A stretch of DNA of 64,000 nucleotides from Eledone cirrhosa (GCA_964016885.1 OZ024740.1:124124001-124188000); one strand, 5' to 3'. Counted from the first letter of the stretch, positions 1-14,432 are shown. Notes: generated by a model from the letters alone, not told the origin. Numbers and translations are program-made.

Positions 1-340
1 TCTCTGGATATATTCCACAGTAACACCTTTACAATTTTGTCCATGATGACTGATCCATTATGTGTTTTTTTCTGTAGCCAATGAGTGGCTTTTTTGGTGT
101 TTCTTTATGCATCTTATTCTTCACCACTAAGGGGTAATTATGTTCAAGATACCACCTCTATGACGATTATCAACCAAGATTAGTGAGCTCGCCCTGCCCA
201 TGAGACACGGCTATTCCCCACTAGGTGCCAGGGGTTATATTATTATTAGAGCTGTCCTTAATATTCTCTTCATGTAAACATTTTGTGGTAGGCAAAGAAA
301 TCACTATCACCACATTGCCATCATTATTAATTAGCAGTAT

Positions 341-1090
341 GGGCGGTGGATTGGCAGTATTGGTAGAGAGTTGGATGCCATGCTTTCCAGCATAGTTACT
401 CCTTTTATGGTCTGAGTTCAAATCCCGCCGAGGTTTACTTTGCCTTTCATCCTTACGGGGTCGATAAAATAAAGTACCAGTAATGCACTGAGTAATTGCT
501 GGCCTTGTGCCTAAAGTAGAAACAATTATTACTATTAACAGTATCGATAGAGCATCAGACACCATGCTCTTCAGCATAGAGTTATGGCCCTTTACGTTCT
601 GAGTTCAAATCCTTCAAGGTTAACTTTGCCTTTCATCCTTACTGGGTCAATAAAATAAAGCACCAGTAATGTAGTGGGTTAATTGCTGACCTTGTTCCAA
701 AAGTAGAGACATTATTATTATTTTTGCAGCATAGAATTATGTCCCTTTATGGTCTGTGTTCAAATATTGCTGTGGTTAGCTTTGCCTTTCATCCTGACGG
801 GGTCGATAAAATAAAGTACCAGTAATGCACTGGGATAATTGCTGGCCTTGTGCCAAAAGTAGTAACAATTATTATTATAAGGGGTAATAAATTGGAGAAT
901 TGTTAGAATTTTAAAAAAAAATAATTGTGGTATTCATTCTGGTTCTTCACACTGAGTTCAAATCCCACCAAGATCAACTTTACCTTTCATCCTTCCAGGT
1001 TAGATTACAGAAAGTACCAGGCATGTACTGGAATTGACATAGTCAATTAATGCTGAAATTCTGGCCATGTGTCTTTGCTAGAAATGATTA
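341..1090 (+). mobile_element. Head-to-tail array of four tRNA-derived SINE copies (Meta-domain-like core)
   Basis: Repeated unit with box A-like TGGCAGTATTGG, box B-like GAGTTCAAATCC, core GCCTTTCATCCTTACGGGGTCGATAAAATAAAGTACCAG and ATT-rich tail; units at ~341, ~535, ~725 and ~890. Confidence 0.85.
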
Positions 1091-1129
1091 TCCTGGTAAG
1101 TACTGTTATTTTTATGCTGTGTTGACATA

Positions 1130-3797
1130 AGCACTGCAAATCAAAAACGAAATTTGCGTTGATTTAAACGAATTACAGGAAGACATTTTTTTTATGTGAC
1201 ATACGTATGACCATGTCAACACTTCTGCTTGGTGTTGTTTATCGACCCCCAAACTACCATCAGGACATACAGCTTTGCGATATCCTCAGAGCTGCTGCCA
1301 GAAAAACAACCACTTATGTGTTTATTGCAGGTGACTTCAATCATCCTGAGATAAATTGGGAAACCTTTCGTTGGCGACAAAGTGCAAACAATTTCCTTGA
1401 GCTAGTGCTGGACTCAAACTGGTCACAAGTAGTCACCTCTCCAACAAGGGGTGACAACACTTTGGAGCTGCTCTTCACCACTACTCCTGAAGTGGTTATC
1501 AGTTGTACTACTGAGGAACCTCTAGGTGACTAATCATGCTATGATCATTGCCAATCCGGTTCTTGCGGGCAGCAACAAAAACCAGAACCATCTCCAATCT
1601 GCTTGCTTTGATTGGAAGAAAGCAGATTGGAACTGGTACTGCACTGAGCTACAGCGCCCAAACTGGCATGAGTTCTATAACTCTGGAGATGTGAACATTA
1701 TACTCCAGATCATCCTGGACTCAATATGGATAGCGTGTGCAGCATCAGTGCCACATAAGCAGAAAAAAAACACCTCAAAAGTGCAATTTGGTAAACTTCA
1801 GCGGTCCGACTTGCCAGGAAAGAACGTCGGAATGCTGAACGGGAATATAAACTGAATAAATCAGATGCCAACAGAAAAAAGCGGAATACATTTTCCAACC
1901 ATCTCAAGCAAGTGACAAAAAAGGCAGTGCTTGAATTTGAACAGTGGATAGCAACCAATCCTGACAGTAAGGTGTTCTGGAAATATCTGCACTCAAAGCA
2001 GAGACCTCACTCTCCAGTTAGTCCTGTTCACAATCCCCACTCAAGCCAGATCACTGATGATCCCAAAGAATGCGCAGAACTCATTGCTGAGAATTATGCA
2101 AGCATTTTTACTGTTGAAAACCAGAATGTACCATCTCCACCATCTCTAACATCAAATTCCATAACAACTATGGAATTTACATCTGCAATGCTGCGACGTC
2201 ACCATAAGAATAAGCACAACTATGCCTCCCCTGGTCTTGATGGTGTTACGTACCTGCTTCTCAAACGTGGCGGGTACTTCCCTTTGCACCAGCTTTCTTT
2301 CTTCTTTCAATAGTGTCTCAACAATGGTGCTATCCGGAGCAGTGGAAAACTGCCAGTGTCATTCCCCTGTTCAAAAAGGGCGACCCTACGTCACCTGTCA
2401 ACTATCGTCCAATCAGTCTTACTAGCTGTATTCCCAAACTGATGGAATCCTGTGTCAGAGAAACACTTAGGAACTTCTTGAGATCTCACAGCCTCATCCG
2501 GCCCTCGTAATTTGGATTATCCCTAACTCCAGCTGCTATGATCAGCTTATCGAGTTCCTTGAAGACATTTCCCGGATCACTGACAGCGGCTCATGGGTTC
2601 ATATTGTTTACCTTCGCTAAGGCTTTTAATTCTGTGCCACACAAAAGACTTATGGTGGAACTCTCTGCAATGGGTGTGAAGGATGATCTTTTCAACTGGT
2701 TTGAATACTTCATTCTCAGCCGAAAAGAGGTAGTCACGGTTCTAGGACTGCATTCTTCACCATATGTGATGTCATCTGGTGTAGCACAGGGATCTGTTCT
2801 TGGTCCCCTTTTGTTTGTTGCATACATTAATGACATAGATGTCAACTTAAAGAATGCCACAGTACTAAAATATGCAGATGACATCAAGCTGTACCTTGAA
2901 ATCAAAAGGACAGATCCTGAAATCTATAACTCTTTCCTGGACACAATACAGCAATGGATCACAGACTGGAAACTGAAGCTGGCTGTGGACAAGTGTACCA
3001 CCATGCATTTTTGGAGGAAAAAATCCAGCGTCCACATACTCCCTCCACAACACTGATATCAAGAAGTCCTCTTGTTAACGTGACCTGGGCATTACTGTCA
3101 GCAGCAATTTGCGTTGGGCTAAGCATATCTCTAAAATTGTCAAGAAGGCCGAGGGTGTCTTGGCATCACTCAGCAAGACCTTTGTTAGCCATCTATTTAA
3201 AGCTGTATACAGCTATGGTACAACCACACTTGGTATTCGCATCATCAGTCTGGAAACCCTATCTTGCTCAGAATATTGACCTCCTGGAAACTGTTCATAG
3301 ACGTGCAACCAAGTTTATACCCTCCATCAGACACCTACCATACTCTGAACGCCTTGCTTCCCTCTGCATGGATTCATTGAAGCTCCGACATCTGGTGATG
3401 GATTTGGGAAACACCCACAAAGTTATTAACCATCTCGCCAACAACAACCCTGAGCACCTTTTTGATCTCCATGTGTCTAACACACGTGGACATGTCTACA
3501 AAGTCAGAACACAGCACAGCTCCCATGACTTTCGGAAACATATTTTCACGCTTAGAGTTGCTGAAGCATGGAACAAACTGCCTGCGTCAGTTGTTAGCTG
3601 CCGAGACACTGCATCCTTTAAAACCCTCATGCTTCCCGAAATTCGCAAAAAACTACACCTGATGTCCCCTTCCATATACATGCACTGTTCATTTTCATTT
3701 TCCTGACGTTTGTACATTACCCTATGAACTATATATACACTTTTGATGAGTTGTAGTGCACCTGAGCACTGTACATAATATTTTCATTATTATTATA
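1130..3797 (+). mobile_element. Decayed CR1/L2-type LINE (APE endonuclease + RT), frameshifted
   Basis: ORF pieces VYRPP, GDFNHP, PTRGDNTLEL, NYRPISLTS, KAFNSVPH, GVAQGSVLGPLLF, KYADD, TRGH; (ATT)n tail. Confidence 0.93.
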
Positions 3798-5879
3798 TTA
3801 TACGTAGTAGTTTTGATTTCCCAGTTTTCCCAGTTGCTACAATTTCACTTCTCAATTACTGCCAATATCCTTTAGATTTGCTTGATTTTAATAATTTTTC
3901 TGCCTCTCTCACAATATATATGACTTTGTATCTAGTCACAAAATATTGCTACTGTTGTTGTAATTTTCAGGATATCCAAGATTGGTGAAAACAGTAACCC
4001 TGGTAAAGACAAAACGCAAATAACTGGTGATGATGTTCAATTGAGTGACAATCCTAATTCAAACTTCACCAAAAGCATTCCAATTGTGATCTTTTTAGAT
4101 ACACTAAAGTTTTAAAAATTAAAAAGAACATGCTGGATATCCTTGTCACATTATGAGAATGTATCTGCTATTTCTAGTAGATGAAATGACCACCTAGAAT
4201 GTCCCTCATTGGCTTCATCATCATCTTCAGTATTCAGAATTCCAATAAGGAAATTATAGGCTTACGTTTATTACATCACAGAAGCATTCATGGAAAAGAT
4301 GAAAAACAAATCTATAATTTTAAAGTAAAATGAAAGTCAAAAGCTATATATAGTATAGGAGGGGAAATGCACGTTAAATGATGATGATGTATGTTTATAT
4401 AAATTCATATATATATTCACATACACTATATATATATATATATATATGAACAACCAGCATGTCATAAAACTGTCAGGAGCAAGCAGATGGTATTTGATAT
4501 ATTATTTATTAGCATTAGGAAGAAGTAATAATGTCTTTCTTATTGATTCCATATTTCTGAACAGCTCAACTCCAATTGCTTGCCATACAGTATATTTATT
4601 TATATATTTATTTATTTTATTTATTAATTTTGTTTTTACAGATTTCCTTCACTCACTCCTTTTGGATCCATCCTATTAGCTACTTCTTCATTGGTCAATT
4701 GAAATGTTGCCAAATTTCCACTATTTTCAATGGATCTAATTCTATTTAAAACTATGGAAAATATTTGGCAATATTTTAAATCTCATGGATTTTTACCTTT
4801 GAAGTAATAGAAGGAAAAAAAAAATGTTAGCAGGAAAAACTGGGTGGAGCAGTAAAAATATGTGTTAAGATATGGGTTTCCTCTTGGATTATATATCTAT
4901 ACATTATGATATAAGTGTATAAGTGCATGCAGACGTATTCTCATATACACACAGTCAGAGTTACACACAGAGACACACATTCACACATACATATACACAT
5001 ACATACATAAATACAATTATATAACCCTTTTCTATTTCAGTTTTTCCCCCTTTTTAGTTAAATTTGAAATTTCTGATTTACTTACATCTATGAAGCAGTA
5101 CATAAATAAATGCATACCTCAACACCAGAATAAAACTTTTAAAAATAATAAATTTAGAAAAAGAAAATATTTAGTGAAAAATTACTTTAATTCCAATATC
5201 TGTTAAAAAGTTAGAAACAAAACTCAAAATCTTTATTGGAAAATATAAAGAAAATTCTACAGATGTTTGTACCTATTTATGTATGTGCATACATATTTCT
5301 GTGTGTATGCATGCATGTATGTATGCATATGTCTGTGTCTTCTTTTCATCAAATGCTTGTGTATGCTTTTGCATTTCAATAGAATATTGAAAAACAAAAT
5401 AATAATAAATATATCAGACTGGGTACAAAGCAAAATGTTCAAAATTGATTTTTATCTCCAAATTTCTTCTGCTGTTCCTTCTTTTTTATTGATTAAAGGT
5501 GACGTGTGTATGCTATGCAAATGTCCGGCATGCAATAAATGTAGTTCGGAACTTAGAAAACATATTGAATCTGAGCCTTATTTTCCTCTAAAATCCATAT
5601 TGATACATTTGAATGTAGCATGGAGAAAAAGAGACTATATAGATATACAATGACATGAAGCTCATTTCAAATTAGAAATCAACTCAAAAAAGATTTTGTA
5701 AATATATTTGAAATCTTTTCACGTATATTCATCATAAACAGAGTTTTCTTTTCAGTTATTTGGAAAATTTCAATTCATCTCATATTGCATTTTATTATCT
5801 TGAAAGTAATTAATTAGAGAATTGTTTTTGTTGAAACATAATGGAAGAATCTGGAATCACAGGGTCTTATTGTAAGCTT

Positions 5880-6330
5880 GGTGAACACTAGAGTCCTAAT
5901 AGGTGGGAAGGATGACAGGAACCTGTTATCATGTTCTTGTTTGATACTTCAATATGACATACACAGTGTAATCTATGGATACACAGGAGATATACTGAAA
6001 GTACATGCAAGTTGATGGAAATGGTAGATTTTGGATGTGGAAAATGTACGGGAAAAGTAAGCTCTAGGAGCATGTGTAAAATGGATATATTCAATTGCTC
6101 AAGAAGCTACTTAGACATTGTTGATGGATTTTGTTGCCAAAGGGACCTGGTCTGCAAAGGTAGGGGATACTCTAAAGGTGTGGTAGCCAGAGTCAGAACA
6201 GCTTAGAGAAGGATTAAAGGACTAGTAACTCTGCTGACAATAGATAGCTTCTTTTATTGGAGTGAGGGCTAGGTTCTGTGATATTTTCCTATGAATAGTG
6301 ATGCTGTATGATAATGGCATTACTGCAGAA
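5880..6330 (+). pseudogene. Highly decayed RTE LINE fragment (post-RT region)
   Basis: CGKC...IVDGFCC...VVARVRTA aligns by eye with the same segment of the RTE at 26-29 kb. Confidence 0.6.
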
Positions 6331-7708
6331 ACGAAGGATGAGTATGTTCTAAAGGTTGTGCAGAGCATAACAGCTGAATAAAGCAGTGCAGTGAAAGCTC
6401 AGTAGGTGGACTCATAGAAGTGGCATTTCTCCTTCTCCCCCACATCACCCCTTTGAACTCCACCGCACCTGTCATACACCTATGATATCATACTATCATC
6501 TTCCCCAATCTGTTGTCACTCATGGCATTATACTTATCTTTCATACCTTCCAATCCTATTCTCCACCCTAGTGTTGAATCCATGATAATGGAATTGGTGA
6601 TGAGAGGGGATAGCAGCAGTAAAGCACACACCAAAAAGGGTTGGGAGAAACCTTCAGTTTCATACAATAACCTCTCTAGGGCTGGTGCCATAAAAATGAA
6701 CCCAGTAGACCCAGTTAGGTTCTTAAGGGAAAAAAGGACATTCGTTTGTAGAAACCATGCCAAAAATGGTTAAGAAAACTCTTCAGTTGTGTGAAGGGCA
6801 CACTAATCTACCTAGTGTTGATAAGATGATAAACATCACCAGTACAGTTTCTAAATTTGTTGGTGGTAGGAAAGCCATCCAGACATAGGAAGCATGCCAA
6901 ACAAATGATAAAGAAGACTCTGCAGTTGTGTCAAATATATAATGACATCTCTATAGCTGGGTCCACAATGAAATGCACTGTGCACACTATGGAGCACATA
7001 AATGTATGTAAGTAAAGTACAGCCTCGTCTCCAACCCTCTAATAGATGAGTGATTGCAATTATGTAATGATTTTGTCTGTGATATTATGTACTCTCATCC
7101 TTTCTGGTAGGGGAAATGGATGTTAAATAATAAGGATGATGATACACCATTTGTGTTGTCGTTTAGTTGCAGATCAACTCAGTTCAAATAGGCTTCTGGT
7201 CAAAAACAATTCACTCAATGCTATCTTATTCATTTTTCTTTGATTTGTTTTTTTCAAGTTTATCCTTTAAACCTACAAGGCCACATTTACATAAAAGAAG
7301 TTTACTACCTGCTAAAATATACTAACATATATATTATGTTAACTTCACATTCAGATGCAATCGTCAGTTAAGGATAGTTTGTAGTGACATATCTGTTACT
7401 GTTGGATCATCCAAAAGAAATTCTCCTACAGCCCATTTATTATTTACAGATGATACTAACAAGTAACTTTGTGTTAAGTTGCTTAGATATAGTGACATAT
7501 TACCATTGAAAGACTTTTTTCTATCTTTCAATTTTTGTTTATTCCTTAGTAGCTAAACCCTTAAAAGTTTCTAGCATGCCTTTCAGGTTGCAGTCCAACC
7601 CAAAATATCAAAATTATATTAATCTAGAGGGAGCATCAGAATAAGAGGCATTTGATAGTGTTGTTTCATTGTGTCGTATCTTGTATGTTTTCCTTCTTTA
7701 TTTGCTCC

Positions 7709-7741
<33 letters not shown>

Positions 7742-7759
7742 CACATATATATATACACA

Positions 7760-8790
7760 TTAATTTATTATGAGAACAGTTTAAAGTTTAAGCAAAGAAT
7801 CACTGCTTTCACCCTTAACAGGATTTTCTGAAACTGAAAAAAATCAGTCTCTGTATGCAGAAGTAAGTATATCAAAAAACGTTACAACCGAAGGAAAACA
7901 GGAAGACAATACGTTGGTTTGTGAAGATGCTCCCTGACAATGGACGTGAAAAAAGCGAATATAATTATGTTGTTATGTGGAGCAAGAAGAACAAATTTCT
8001 TGCAAAGACAAAAACAAATTTATGCTATAAAAGAAATAATTAGACTAATACTCTATTTAGAATAACCAAATGATTTCCAGTTCCAGAGTTTGAGGTAATG
8101 TAAATAAAATTGTTAAACGAAAATGATAGAGGTTATTAATAATAGTAGTAAAAGTAAATAATGATTAAAACATTAAAGTATTGTTAAAAGATTTAGGCCT
8201 GTGCATAACTATGCACTTACACATGCATACATATATACACATACATACACATACATATATACACACACACATTATATATATATATACATATACCTATACA
8301 CACTTACATGCACATGTACGCATACATATACACACATACACAAACATATGGATAAGATGTACATACATATACAAATAAATAATGGTATAAACATAAAATA
8401 TACTTAGCTACCACATCATGACGTATATTGTCTGCATATTGTCCGTACTATACGTCAGGATATAATGTAGGGCTGTATACACGAAGGTTTTATGCAATAT
8501 GTGTTTACAAGCCGAAATCGCCTCAGATTTTTTGTTTAAGATTTGATCATTGGTGTAGAGTATTTCTAGGGTTGTGGCGGTGCAAAGATCATATGGTCTT
8601 TTGTTTCCATTATACGATCAAATCTTAAGCTAGCGATCTTGTCCATTAGTTTATGTAAGAGGTATAAGCCGACAACGTCTGTGATTTAGGCGGGATCGTT
8701 TGACCCCATCGTAATGTCAAAGCTCTCGTGTCTAGTTTGTCTCTCCCATAGTTAATCGTTGAATTCTAGTCATGTTTTCCTAGCTACTAT
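7760..8790 (-). mobile_element. Internally deleted Poseidon-type Penelope-like relic
   Basis: Minus strand from ~8785 reads ARKT..FN..LW...FDITMGSNDPA*ITDVVGLYLLHKL (PLE RT motif FDVTMGSxDGAE), then jumps to C-terminal YNGNKR..DLC...LNKKSEAISACKH; 3' limit approximate. Confidence 0.65.
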
Positions 8791-9186
8791 AATGATGTCA
8801 ATTTCCTTTCTAATTTGTTACCAGCAAATATTCCTATATGATAGTTATCTAGATGCACTGCTGGCATATATACATACACCTGAGTTTGTGTGTATATATA
8901 TATGTGTGTACACCCATGTACACTGATATAGTCATATGGATGTGCAGGCCTATAAGCATGCATATTTCGTAGTGTGTACATATGCAGAGATACAGACATG
9001 TGTGTTGGTGTGTATCTGTAACTACACATCCTATGTGTAAGTGCGTGTGCCAGTGTATAAGCCAACCAATATAGCTAGTGTAGCAAATATTTCATGTACC
9101 CATTCACACATATATATATATATGTGTGTATGCATGTGTGAGTGTCTTGGTGTATGTGTGTGTATGTATGTGCATATATATATATA

Positions 9187-10938
9187 ATTCAAGCATGTTT
9201 TACAGTGTGAGGACCAGAACAGGAGGTGTTCAGGATTGCGAGGCAGTGTGTTAGTGAAAATTACGATGTCATTGGTGAGAAGTGTGTCCAGGATGATAAG
9301 GTGCACTTGCACTCACAGATGCTGAGAAGATAGAAGTGTGGAAGAGCCATTATGAAAGATTACTGAATGAAGAGAATGTATGGGAGAAAGAGACCCTACC
9401 CCAAGCAGACTCCATTGAAGGCCCAGCAGTACAAGTCAGTAGCAATGTAGTTAGTAAGGCAATTAAGAATATGAAAACTGGGAAACCATCTGGTCTATCA
9501 GGAACAGTTGCTGAAATGCTGAAAGCTTGTGTGTCAGTAGGACACACAATAACCACGCATATTGTAAGCCAAGTAATACTAGATGGCATCATACCATATG
9601 AGTGGCACAGCAGCATCATTGTAAATTCTTATAAGGGTAAAGGGGATGTGCTAGGTAGAGGTAACTATAGAAGTATATTATCGTTTTGCAGGCTATAATG
9701 GAGAGTTTAAGACTAGCTGCCCATGGGAACTTCTGTACGTGGATGATCTTATGCTCATAACTGAATCCATGGTGGAACTAGAAAAGAAATTCCAAACATC
9801 GAAGCAGGACCTAGAAAGAAGGGGTCTTAAAGTCAACCTGACAAAGACTAAGGTCGTAGTAGGTAGAAGAGAAAACAGAACCCACATCTCCTCAGGGAAA
9901 TGGCCTTGTAGGGAAGGCATTGGTAGAAATTCCATCCTCTGCCCCATATGCAAAATGTGGGTACACAAGAGAGGTAGTGGGATCTCTGGAGGTTTTACGT
10001 GTGGCAGTTGCACTAGAACAGTACGCAGCAAACGACCGCAGGAAACAAGCACTACAAAATTCTCAGAGGGCTCTGTAGAAACAGTAGACAGCTTCTGCTA
10101 CCTAGATGACTGAATTAGCAGCAGAGATGGGTGTTCTGAAAGTACAGTAGCCAGTGTAAGAACGGGATGGAGGAAGTTCAGGGAGCTATTACCACTGCTA
10201 GCTACAAAAGTCTTCTACCTCAGAATGAAAGGCAGACTGTATGATGCGTGCATACATACAGCTATGTTGCATGGTAGTGAGACTTGGGCACTGTGTGCAG
10301 AAGACTTGCGTAGATTGGGAAGAAATGAGGCCTGCATGCTTCGATGGATGTGTAATAGTAATGTGTGAGAACAGCGAAGCATAAATGAACTGAGAGAGAA
10401 ACTAGGCATAAGAGGAATTAAATGCTATGTGCAGGAGAGGAGATTGCGTTGGTATGGACATGTGTTGCATATGAAGGATGACAGCTGCATAAAGAAGTGC
10501 ATATCGCTCAAAGTCTTGGAATCCTTGGAATGGGGAGACCCAGGAAGACCTGGGATGAGGTGATAAAAGCCGACCTTGCCCAATTGCACCTCTCAGAGGA
10601 GATGACACATGACCGTGATCTCTGGTGATATGCAGTAATACAGATGACCTGACTTCCCCCGAGCACAAGCTGAAGCATATGTACAGTATTCCCCACCCCC
10701 AACACCCCTTTAACCCTCCTCCCCAGCCCACACTGTAAAGTGGACATGTAAAAGACACTGCAAAAAGCACCAAACCCTCAGTGGATTTGGTTGGCATCAG
10801 GAAGGTCATCTAGCTGTAGAAAACCAGCCAGAAACACCCCTATATGAGCAAGACACAGTCAACCAACACAGCTTGCCTCAAAATAGGACCCGTCTAACCC
10901 ATGCTAGTGTGAAAGATGGACGTTAATCGATGATGATG

Positions 10939-10940
<2 letters not shown>
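9187..10940 (+). mobile_element. 5'-truncated RTE LINE with internal deletion
   Basis: Colinear with 27640-29865; ~400 bp of RT core missing at ~9680; ends in (GAT)n. Confidence 0.92.
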
Positions 10941-10978
<38 letters not shown>

Positions 10979-11067
10979 GCATGTGTGTGTGCATGTGTGC
11001 ACATGTATACTTATATTCTTTTCACACACTATACACTGTACCGGTGCATCCTGTCATTACCACAGCA

Positions 11068-11158
11068 GAGGTTTGATGAGCTTTTGATTCCATAGTCGGG
11101 CTAGATCGATACAAATTGAACTTTGAACTGATCAATAGTGAAACACGTGTCACTACTC
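11068..11158 (+). ncRNA. Hammerhead-like motif with TTGATGA core (C3U)
   Basis: gag-gt TTGATGA, helix II gcttttgat/atcaatagt, GAAA, palindromic ACACGTGT, C, ac-ta-ctc. Confidence 0.55.
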
Positions 11159-11169
11159 AATAAATGTAA

Positions 11170-12246
11170 TGATGACATAACAAAGACCGGTGGATCTACT
11201 CCCTCTTTTGGCTTCTGTCACGCGGGCCCAGCTAACAGCTTTGGCCCCCTCGTTTCCCAGAGCACGTATTTTGCTTCGGACGATGCAGCCTTCGTGTTTC
11301 GCGTCGAAGAACTGGCCCAGGGCCGTTCTCGACTCTAGCACTCTGGCCACGTCGCCGCTTCTAATTGCCTCTTCTACACTATCTACCAACTCCCTTTCCT
11401 TCCTATTTCTATTTGAGGTAACTCCTTACTAAATTCTATAGAGACTACTCTAATCTCTCTTTTGAGAGATCCCCACCACCTGCTGTTGACGATAGCGCTC
11501 CCTGTAAGCCTTACTGCCGGTAAGGACAAGTTGAGTTTCCAGTAACCGGGTCCCTGTCTATGCGTTCTGTCAAGGTTGACCATGCAGGTCACTAACTCGT
11601 GGTCTGAATAGCCAACCATGCGCATTTTTGGACAACTTAAAATGTCCTTATCCTTATTTCTAACTAAGAACCTATCTAGGTACGACCTAGATGATCCGCT
11701 AAGGTTTGCCCAAGTCCAGGTTGGCGAAGTCGGAAACCTAGTTGATATCTATCGGCCAGGTCAAATCGACCGATTAACCCTTTGAGGCTATTACACACCT
11801 CTCTATCGGGACAGGCCCCTACGTAGTCCCAACGTGCATCTAGGATACCATTCCAGTCCCCCACTAATAGCAATGAGCGGGACGTCCCTAGAAAAGTCTC
11901 CAGACGATGGAAGAAGTCCGGCCGCATTGACCCGAAAGGGCCGTAGACGGCTACCAACCTAAACGCTCCGCCTTCACCACTGCCAAGGTCCAGAACCACT
12001 AGTCGACCCTCCGAGTCCAAATGTACCGTCTGTGTTGCGAGACCCAGATGTTTTTGCAGCAGAACGACAACCCCACCCCCACCTCGGGCTGGCAGAGAGA
12101 TGCGTGCATCTCAAAGTCATCAAAGGTGGGGGGCCAGCTGTCGCACGTTGCTGATCCGGGCCTCGCAAATAACCATCACATCTATACGTTGTGACCCGAG
12201 GTCTTTTAGAAGCATTGCTTGCTTCCAAGTTGAGCCCAGGCCACGT
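11170..12246 (-). mobile_element. Inverted 5' part (APE endonuclease + linker) of a Tx1/L1-clade LINE
   Basis: Minus strand GLGSTWKQAMLL..DVMVIC, DSEGRLVVLDL, VYGP, VGDWN, SDHELV, GPGYWKLN, GCIVRSK. Confidence 0.88.
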
Positions 12247-14016
12247 CCATCCGACAAGGGTGATGTCTCTCCTCCCTTCTGTATGTAATGACTCTAGAGC
12301 CATTGCTGCGGAAGTTGGAGTTGTTGCAGGGCATCCCGTTGGAACCGGGATTGCGGAAAGCGGTGTCGGCCTACGCCGATGACGTAACAGTAATTGTGTC
12401 GAAGCCTCGGAAATCGGGGCGATCGGCACCTTACTGGAGGAGTACGAAAGGTTTACAGGGGCTAAGCTGAACCGGGACAAGTCGATCGGTCTGCAACTCG
12501 GCACGTGGAGGGGCAGATCCATGCCCTCCGATGGCGTCGTTGGGCGCTGGACGGAGGGACCGGTGAAGTTGCTCGGGGTCTGGTTCGGACCAGACCTCCA
12601 GGTGGAGAAGAACTGGGGTGAGGTAACGAACAGGGTGTTTGCACTGACCCAGAAGTGGGCCGAGTGCAAACTGTCCCTGAAAGGTCGGGTGGAGGTGGCG
12701 AACACTTATATAGCGTCCGTCATCTACTACCGCCTGACCGTTGTGCCTTGCCTAAGGGAAATGCTCGCCAAAATGGAGCGTGCACTCTTCCAATTCCTTT
12801 GGAAGAAGCGGGCTCCTATGGTGAGGAGATCCATCTGCTGTCAACACCCTTCGAAAGGAGGGCTGGGGATGCCGTGGCTAATGATACGTAAACACGCACT
12901 AAGGCTACGGCCCCTCCAGGTATTCCTCACCGGTCAACCGCTGTGGGCCCCGTTCGTGAGGCGAGCCTTTCCCCGACTCGTCTTGCTCACCGTGCTGCAA
13001 TCCTGGGTCAAGCAAAGACCGAGAAAACTGGGCGCCTGGCACACCGAGTGTGCCCAGGCGCTCACGGCTCTCTGGCAGGCGGACCCGGCTGTCAGTGGAG
13101 AATCCACCTCGTCATTCTATAGAGGGCTGGTGGTTAGCAGGTGCGACAACGCCCTCGGAGAAGCCCTAGGCATGGAGGAAGACGAACTGGCCAACCTGTT
13201 CGGTAGGACATTCAGCCCGGGACCCATCGATAAATTCCAGAGATCCCTGGCCTGGCAGTGCTACAGAAGGGCTCTGCCCGTTCGAGAAAGGCTCTACAGA
13301 CACGGGCGCCCGGGTAGGGACCCCTCGAAAAAGATCTGTCCCAGATGCGTGTGCGACGAAGAAACCGTTGCACACGCATTGGTACACTGCTCGGGCATTG
13401 CTTATCTGTGGGGCTATGTCGAACAACTGCTGTCAAGGGTTGGACCGATCCGGTTGACCACCGAGTCTATTGTAACGATCAAGCCACCTCCCCTCTTCAA
13501 AAACGAAGGAGAGGCGGTGTTTCTGTGCGTAATAGCCATGGCGAAAGAGGTTGTATGGTGGACGCGTTTGAAAGGACTGAGGTCAGACGCCTTTATCTCT
13601 GGCCAACAACTTGTCCGTTTCTTCCGATATCATTTCGGAAGAAGGATCAGGATGGAGAGAGAGGTGCTGCACTCCAGCCGTTTTTATGAAAGATGGGTGA
13701 AAGTGGCGAGAATGGCCCGTGTGAATGGGCCTTCACTCTACATCAGACTATAGGTGAGGAAGATGAAATATCAAGGGAGCATTTCCTCTCTGTGCTCCTG
13801 AGGAGAAGGGTTGCACACTTTTTTCGGGTGTGTGTGCGCCCCCACAAGGCGCCTCCTCCCTATTGATGATTTTGTTATTAAATTTATTTTTGTTATATTT
13901 TATTTTATTTTCATATCTTGTTATTGCCTCCTCCTTATTGAGGACGCCTTTTTATGTAAACTCCCCCCATTGTACTTGTCCCACTGTTTGATGCCCTGGT
14001 GGCAAATAAAAAGAAA
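12243..14016 (+). mobile_element. 3' part of a Tx1/L1-clade LINE ORF2 (RT C-half + CCHC zinc finger) with 3' UTR
   Basis: SIRQG..LS.LLY..LEPLL, AYADD, GGLG, CPRC...ETVAHALVHC; ORF 12521-13753; AATAAA and A-rich end. Confidence 0.92.
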
Positions 14017-14071
14017 GTTATATATTAACCTCATCTAGCCCTCTTCGGATGTTAGTCTTCACATTTATTAT

Positions 14072-14177
<106 letters not shown>

Positions 14178-14254
14178 TGGAATTGGAAATAGCACGGAAA
14201 AGTATATTTAAACGATCTGCTTTTCTTTTTTCTTCTTTGATTCGTTAAAGTGAC

Positions 14255-14432
14255 AGGCAGTATCAGTAGAGGGTCGGACGCCATGCTGTCCAGCATAGTT
14301 ACGTCCCTTTACGATCTGAGTTAAAATCCCGCCGAGGTTGACTTTGCTTTCATCCTTACGGGTTCGATAAAATAAAGTACCTGTAATGCACTGGGTATTT
14401 GCTGGCCGTGTGCCTAAAGTAGAGACAATTAT
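14255..14432 (+). mobile_element. tRNA-derived SINE (same family as 341-1090)
   Basis: Near-identical unit sequence. Confidence 0.85.

Noticed and set aside
7800-7850. Possible hammerhead at the 3' end of the minus-strand PLE relic
   Set aside because: Core reads CAGAAAA and helix III is not palindromic; too decayed to call
14030-14060. Minus-strand CCGAAGA next to the Tx1 tail
   Set aside because: No downstream GAAA/UH half is visible
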